NCBI GenBank assembly: GCA_965199495.1
Contig: CBDASK010000003.1
Location: 864,001-928,000, forward strand
Length of the DNA: 64,000 nt
Direction: 5' to 3'
DNA from: Abditibacterium sp.
Lineage (GTDB): Bacteria > Armatimonadota > Abditibacteriia > Abditibacteriales > Abditibacteriaceae
The position numbers and the translations under genes were made by a program. Each line of letters starts with the position of its first letter. Positions within the stretch are counted from its first letter, which is position 1. The notes under the pieces were generated by a model. That model had not been told where the DNA came from. It saw only the letters and a program-made list of their open reading frames with translations, and made no database searches. Shown here piece by piece: positions 59,900 through 64,000 of the stretch.

Positions 59900-62195
59900 A
59901 TGTCAAACATCATCGGCCAGCCCGTAACGCGCCAAGATGCCAAATTGAAAGTCACCGGCAACGCCAAGTATTCCGCCGAATTCGCCTTGCCCAATCTGGC
60001 GTATGCCGTTTTGGTCACATCGCCCGTCGGACGCGGCACCATTCGGGGTTTCGACTTGACTGCGGCCCAGGCGGCGACGGGCGTGATTCGGATAATTACG
60101 CACGAGAACACGCCAAAATTGCGCGCGATTGACCCCAAAAGCGCCGGGGAAGCCAAGGCTTCGTTTGGCGAATTTCTGCTGCCGTTTCAAAGTCCCGACA
60201 TCGTTTATAACGGTCAGGCCATCGCGATTGTTGTGGCCGACACCTACGAGCGAGCGCGCTGGGCCGCCAGTTTGGTCAAAGCCGACATCGAAGTTTTGGA
60301 GCCTTCAACAACGTTGCACGATGCGCCTGTTATAGAGCAGCCCAAAGGCAATCGCGCGCAATCGCAACGCGGCAAACCCGCCGAAACTTTCGCGGCGAGC
60401 GCCCAGAAAATGGACGAAACCTATGTGACGCCCTATGAGCATCACAACCCGCTGGAGCCGCACGCGAATCTGGCTTATTTCGAGCCAAACGGCGATTTGA
60501 CGGTGTATCAATCGAGCCAATCCACATCGGGGCCGCAAGCGACTTTGGCTTACGTTTTCGAGTTGGACAAAGACAAAGTGCGCATCATCAATCACTTTAC
60601 TGGCGGCGGTTTCGGTTGCAAAGGCGCGGGCGCGTGGCAACACGACACCGCCTGTGTTTTGGCGGCGCGCGAAACCAAACGTCCGGTCAAATTGGCGCTG
60701 ATGCGCCAGCAGATGTTCGCGGGCGTCGGGCACCGGGGCAAGTGCGAAATGGACGTGCAAATCGGCACAAATGACGCGGGCGCCATCGAAATGCTGGGCC
60801 AGAAAACGCTAACGCAAAGCCACAAAGATCAGCCGTCATTTTTTGAGTCCGCCGGAATAATGTCGCGCGTGATGTATCGCGCCCCCAACTACGAAATGGG
60901 GCACACGGTCGCGCGCAACAACATTTCGCCGCCGACTTATATGCGCGCCCGGCGAGGCGCCCGGCTCGTTCGCTTTGGAATGCGCCATTGACGAAATGGC
61001 GCATCAAGTCGGCATTGATCCGATTGAATTTCGTTTGCAAAATTACGCGCAAACCGATCCCGAATCGGGTCTGCCGTGGTCGAGCAAACAGTTGGCGCAG
61101 TGCTATGCGAACGGCGCGCGACTCATCGGTTGGGACGCACGCGCGATGCAGCCACGGGCGCGGCGCGAAGGGCGTTATTTGATCGGCTACGGCATGGCCT
61201 CAGCGACCTATCCGGGCAACCGTTCGCCCGCCGCCGCACAGTGCCGACTTTACGCCGATGGCCGCGCCGTGGCTGGCAGCAACGGCGTGGATATTGGAAC
61301 GGGCGCCTACACGATTTTCCGCCAAGTCGCCGCCGCGACTTTGGGTTATCCGCTCGAAAACGTGATTTTTGAACTGGGCGATTCCAAACTGCCCTATGCT
61401 CCGGTCGCGGGCGGCTCACAACTTTCGGCCAGCGTCGCGCCCGCCGTTGCGCAGGCGTGCGAATTGGTTTTGGCCGAAGTTGTCAAATTGGCGGTTGCCG
61501 ACCCGAAATCGGCGGTCTACGGGCGTCCACTCGAAGCCGTCCAACTGCGCGATGGCTTGATTATGCCGCAGGGCGAACCGCTCAAAGGCGAGCCGGTGAA
61601 AGACGTGATTCGGCGGAGCGGCCAACCGTTCGTCGAAGCGTGTTGCCGCGCCGAAACGATGGGAAGCGCCAAGGGCAACGAAGGTTTGAAGCAGCAAAAT
61701 AACGCGCCCTGCAACGTAGCCACGCCGGAACCCGAAACCGATCAGAACAAGGCGAAATACGCGTTTCACTCGTTCGCCTCGCAGTTTTGCAAGTTGCGTG
61801 TGGACGAAGAATTGGGCACAATTCGACTTCTGGATTGGGCGACCGTCGTGGATGTCGGTCGCATTTTGAACAAGCGCACGGCGCGCTCGCAAATGCTCGG
61901 CGGCATCGGTTTCGGCATCGGCATGGCACTCTGCGAAGAGACGCTTTACGATCCGCCGACCGCGCGCCCGGTCATTCGCAATCTGGCCGATTATCACGTC
62001 GCCGTCAACGCCGATGTGCCGCGCATTCAGGTCGAATTCATTGACACGCCCGACCCGCACATCAACAGTTTGGGCTGTCGCGGCATCGGCGAAATTGGCA
62101 TCGTCGGCGTGGCTGCTGCCATCGCCAACGCCGTGTTCAACGCGACGGGCAAACGGTTGCGCGAACTGCCGCTCACGCCGGATAAGTTTGTGTAA
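59900..62195 (+). CDS. PaoC/YagR-like molybdopterin-binding subunit, frameshifted near 60950 (pseudogene or sequence error)
   Basis: KVTG.A.Y, GGGFGCKG, DIGTGAYT and GIGEIGIVG; the conserved MRAPGE is restored by adding 2 nt in ATGCGCGCCC. Confidence 0.85.
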
Positions 62196-62206
62196 AGCGC
62201 GGGCAT

Positions 62207-63157
62207 TCACAAAAGTTCTTCCGCGCGCATCCACGCGATGAAATTCGCCAAACCCTGTTCGACTTTGGTTTGCGGCGCCCAACCTAAAATTTCGCGCGCT
62301 TTCTCAACCGAAGCCCACGTTTCGAGTGGCTCCGACGGCGGGCACGGCACGTTTTCTATGATGGCTTCGCGCCCGACTAATCGTTCCAAAATGCGCACGA
62401 ATTCCAAATTTTCGGTCGGGTCGCCGCCGCCTAAATTGATGATTTCCCACGCCAAACCTTTGTCGAGCGCCGCGATGAAACCGCGCACGATGTCGTCAAT
62501 ATACGTCCAATCGCGTTTCATGTGACCGGCGTTGAACAAAGTTATCGTCTCGCCGTGGTTGATGCGCCGCGTCCATTGCCACGGCATCATATCGGGGCGA
62601 CCGTGCGGGCCGTAAACGTTGAAAAATCGCAGAATCGTGATGCGCTGCTGATACAAATGCGCGAACGAATGGGCGAACAGTTCCATCGCGCGCTTGCTGG
62701 CCGGATAGGGCGCCAAAGGCGAAACGGCGGGCGCGCTTTCGAGAAACGGAACTGGCGTATCGCGCCCGTAAACGCTGCCCGTCGAGGCCAAAACGCAAAC
62801 CGGATCGGAAGTCTGGCGCGCGGCATCCAATAAATTCGCCGTGCCCTGCACGTTGACCTGCCCATAAACCAGAGGATGTTGCACCGAATAGCGCACCGCC
62901 GCCATCGCCCCGACATGAGCCACGGCGTCGAACTGTTCGGCTTCGCACAACGCGCGCACGGCGTCGGCATCGCGCAAATCGATGTTTTCGAGGCGAAAAT
63001 CGCGATTCGCCAAATCTCGCAAATGCAAGTTTTTCAGCGCGACATCGTAATACGGATCGAAATTATCGAGGCCGACGACACAATCGCCGCGCGCACAGAG
63101 CGCAAGAGATAAACGCGAACCGATAAATCCGGCGGCGCCAGTGACGAGAACTTTCAT
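62207..63157 (-). CDS. NAD-dependent epimerase/dehydratase (UDP-glucuronate epimerase-like)
   Basis: TGAAGFIG, AVRYS, YPASK and LRFFNVYGP.GRPDM. Confidence 0.9.
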   Translation of the reverse strand: MKVLVTGAAGFIGSRLSLALCARGDCVVGLDNFDPYYDVALKNLHLRDLANRDFRLENIDLRDADAVRALCEAEQFDAVAHVGAMAAVRYSVQHPLVYGQVNVQGTANLLDAARQTSDPVCVLASTGSVYGRDTPVPFLESAPAVSPLAPYPASKRAMELFAHSFAHLYQQRITILRFFNVYGPHGRPDMMPWQWTRRINHGETITLFNAGHMKRDWTYIDDIVRGFIAALDKGLAWEIINLGGGDPTENLEFVRILERLVGREAIIENVPCPPSEPLETWASVEKAREILGWAPQTKVEQGLANFIAWMRAEELL

Positions 63158-63258
63158 AGTTGCAAAAGAATTATCCCAATTTCACCGCCAACGCGGCACC
63201 CGTTTGGCCCATAACAACGCCGCAACGCCCACAGTTCCGCGTTCAAAATTCCACTATC

Positions 63259-63768
63259 ATGGCAACCACAATTACATTCAAAGGCGATCCGGTCGAACTT
63301 TCCGGCACGCCTCCGCAAGTCGGCGACCGAGCGCCCGCGTTCGATCTGGTCAACACCAAAATGGAACAGGTCAAACTCTCCGATTACGACGGCAAAATCC
63401 GCGTCATCTCGATTATTCCCTCGATTGACACCGGCGTCTGCGAAACGCAAACCCGCAAATTCAACAAAGCCCTCGACGAAATGCCCGACAACGTCATTGG
63501 CCTGACGATTTCCGAAGACACACCGTTCGCCCAGGCGCGCTGGTGCGGCGCCGAAGGCATCACCAAAATGGAAATGCTCTCCGATTACAAAGGCCATAAT
63601 TTCGGCCAAGACTATGGTTTGTATATGCCTTCGATGGGACTTTTGGCGCGCTCGGTCTACATCATTGACGGCGACGGCAAAATCGCCTATTTTCAACTGG
63701 TGCCCGAAATGAGCCAAGAACCCGATTACGACGAAGTGCTGGCCAAAGCCAAAGAATTGGCGGCTTAA
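63259..63768 (+). CDS. tpx: Thiol peroxidase
   Basis: PSIDTGVC..QTRKFN, FAQARWC and EPDYD. Confidence 0.93.
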   Translation: MATTITFKGDPVELSGTPPQVGDRAPAFDLVNTKMEQVKLSDYDGKIRVISIIPSIDTGVCETQTRKFNKALDEMPDNVIGLTISEDTPFAQARWCGAEGITKMEMLSDYKGHNFGQDYGLYMPSMGLLARSVYIIDGDGKIAYFQLVPEMSQEPDYDEVLAKAKELAA

Positions 63769-63777
63769 TAAATTTCC

Positions 63778-63872
63778 CGTAGAGACGCCGATTTATCGCG
63801 TCTAAAATGTTTGAGTTGCGTCAACGTGACGCAACTCAAACATTTTAGACGCGATAAATCGGCGTCTCTACG
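63778..63872. repeat. Perfect hairpin (46-bp arms, 3-nt loop) of the GTAGAGACG REP-like family
   Basis: 63778-63823 is the reverse complement of 63827-63872. Confidence 0.9.
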
Positions 63873-63948
63873 AAAATATCCGCGAACCCAAAAATTCGCG
63901 GTTTTTTGCATCTTGCATTTACCTTCTGAACCGATGTATAATTAAATT

Positions 63949-64000
63949 ATGGCACGCAAACCCACGCGCGGCGATGTTTCCGCCTTAATTCTGGCCGTAT
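63949..64000 (+). CDS. 5' end of a gene (possibly PadR-like), truncated by the window edge
   Basis: MARKPTRGDVSALILAV after TTGCAT-N18-TATAAT. Confidence 0.4.
   Translation, partial: MARKPTRGDVSALILAV

Noticed and set aside
3396..62116. GCAGCCACG as a Chi/KOPS site or a simple codon artefact
   Set aside because: The two orientations are equal and interleaved, and the motif occurs in several reading frames.
1..64000. Abundant GCGCGC/CGCGCG words
   Set aside because: Plausibly explained by GCG/CGC codon preference; cannot be separated from background by eye.

Overview
GC-rich bacterial chromosomal window. Gene content and style suggest an Abditibacteriota/Armatimonadota-like organism, which is an inference. 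No rRNA, tRNA, CRISPR array, integrase or transposase was recognised. Layout: (1) 1-17.3 kb, a type IV pilus locus with pilT, pilC, pilD, four prepilin-like genes, two tandem ~1330-aa PilX-like paralogues and a remnant of a third; (2) 17.3-23.5 kb, the ileS-hyp-lspA-lgt-aat operon on the minus strand, where IleRS is type 2 with a GVHH signature; (3) 23.5-35.3 kb, a mosaic hotspot of low-GC ORFans, HicAB, Uma2 and zeta-like toxin modules separated by copies of a 340-415 bp repeat (terminator plus a decayed gene end), a diverged ileS fragment and several truncated genes; (4) 35-51 kb, stress/detoxification genes; (5) a peptide ABC transporter, an orphan Flp pilin with a sigma-54-type promoter, a paoABDC-like aldehyde oxidoreductase cluster, an epimerase and tpx. 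The strongest unexplained signal is a non-palindromic motif, (AT)GCAGCCACG. It has at least 28 exact 9-mer copies split evenly between strands and sits in several reading frames, like an undescribed DNA-uptake-sequence-type signal. Several unrelated families of REP-like palindromes also occur, four of them with perfect 59-72 bp arms. All counts and alignments were made by eye.
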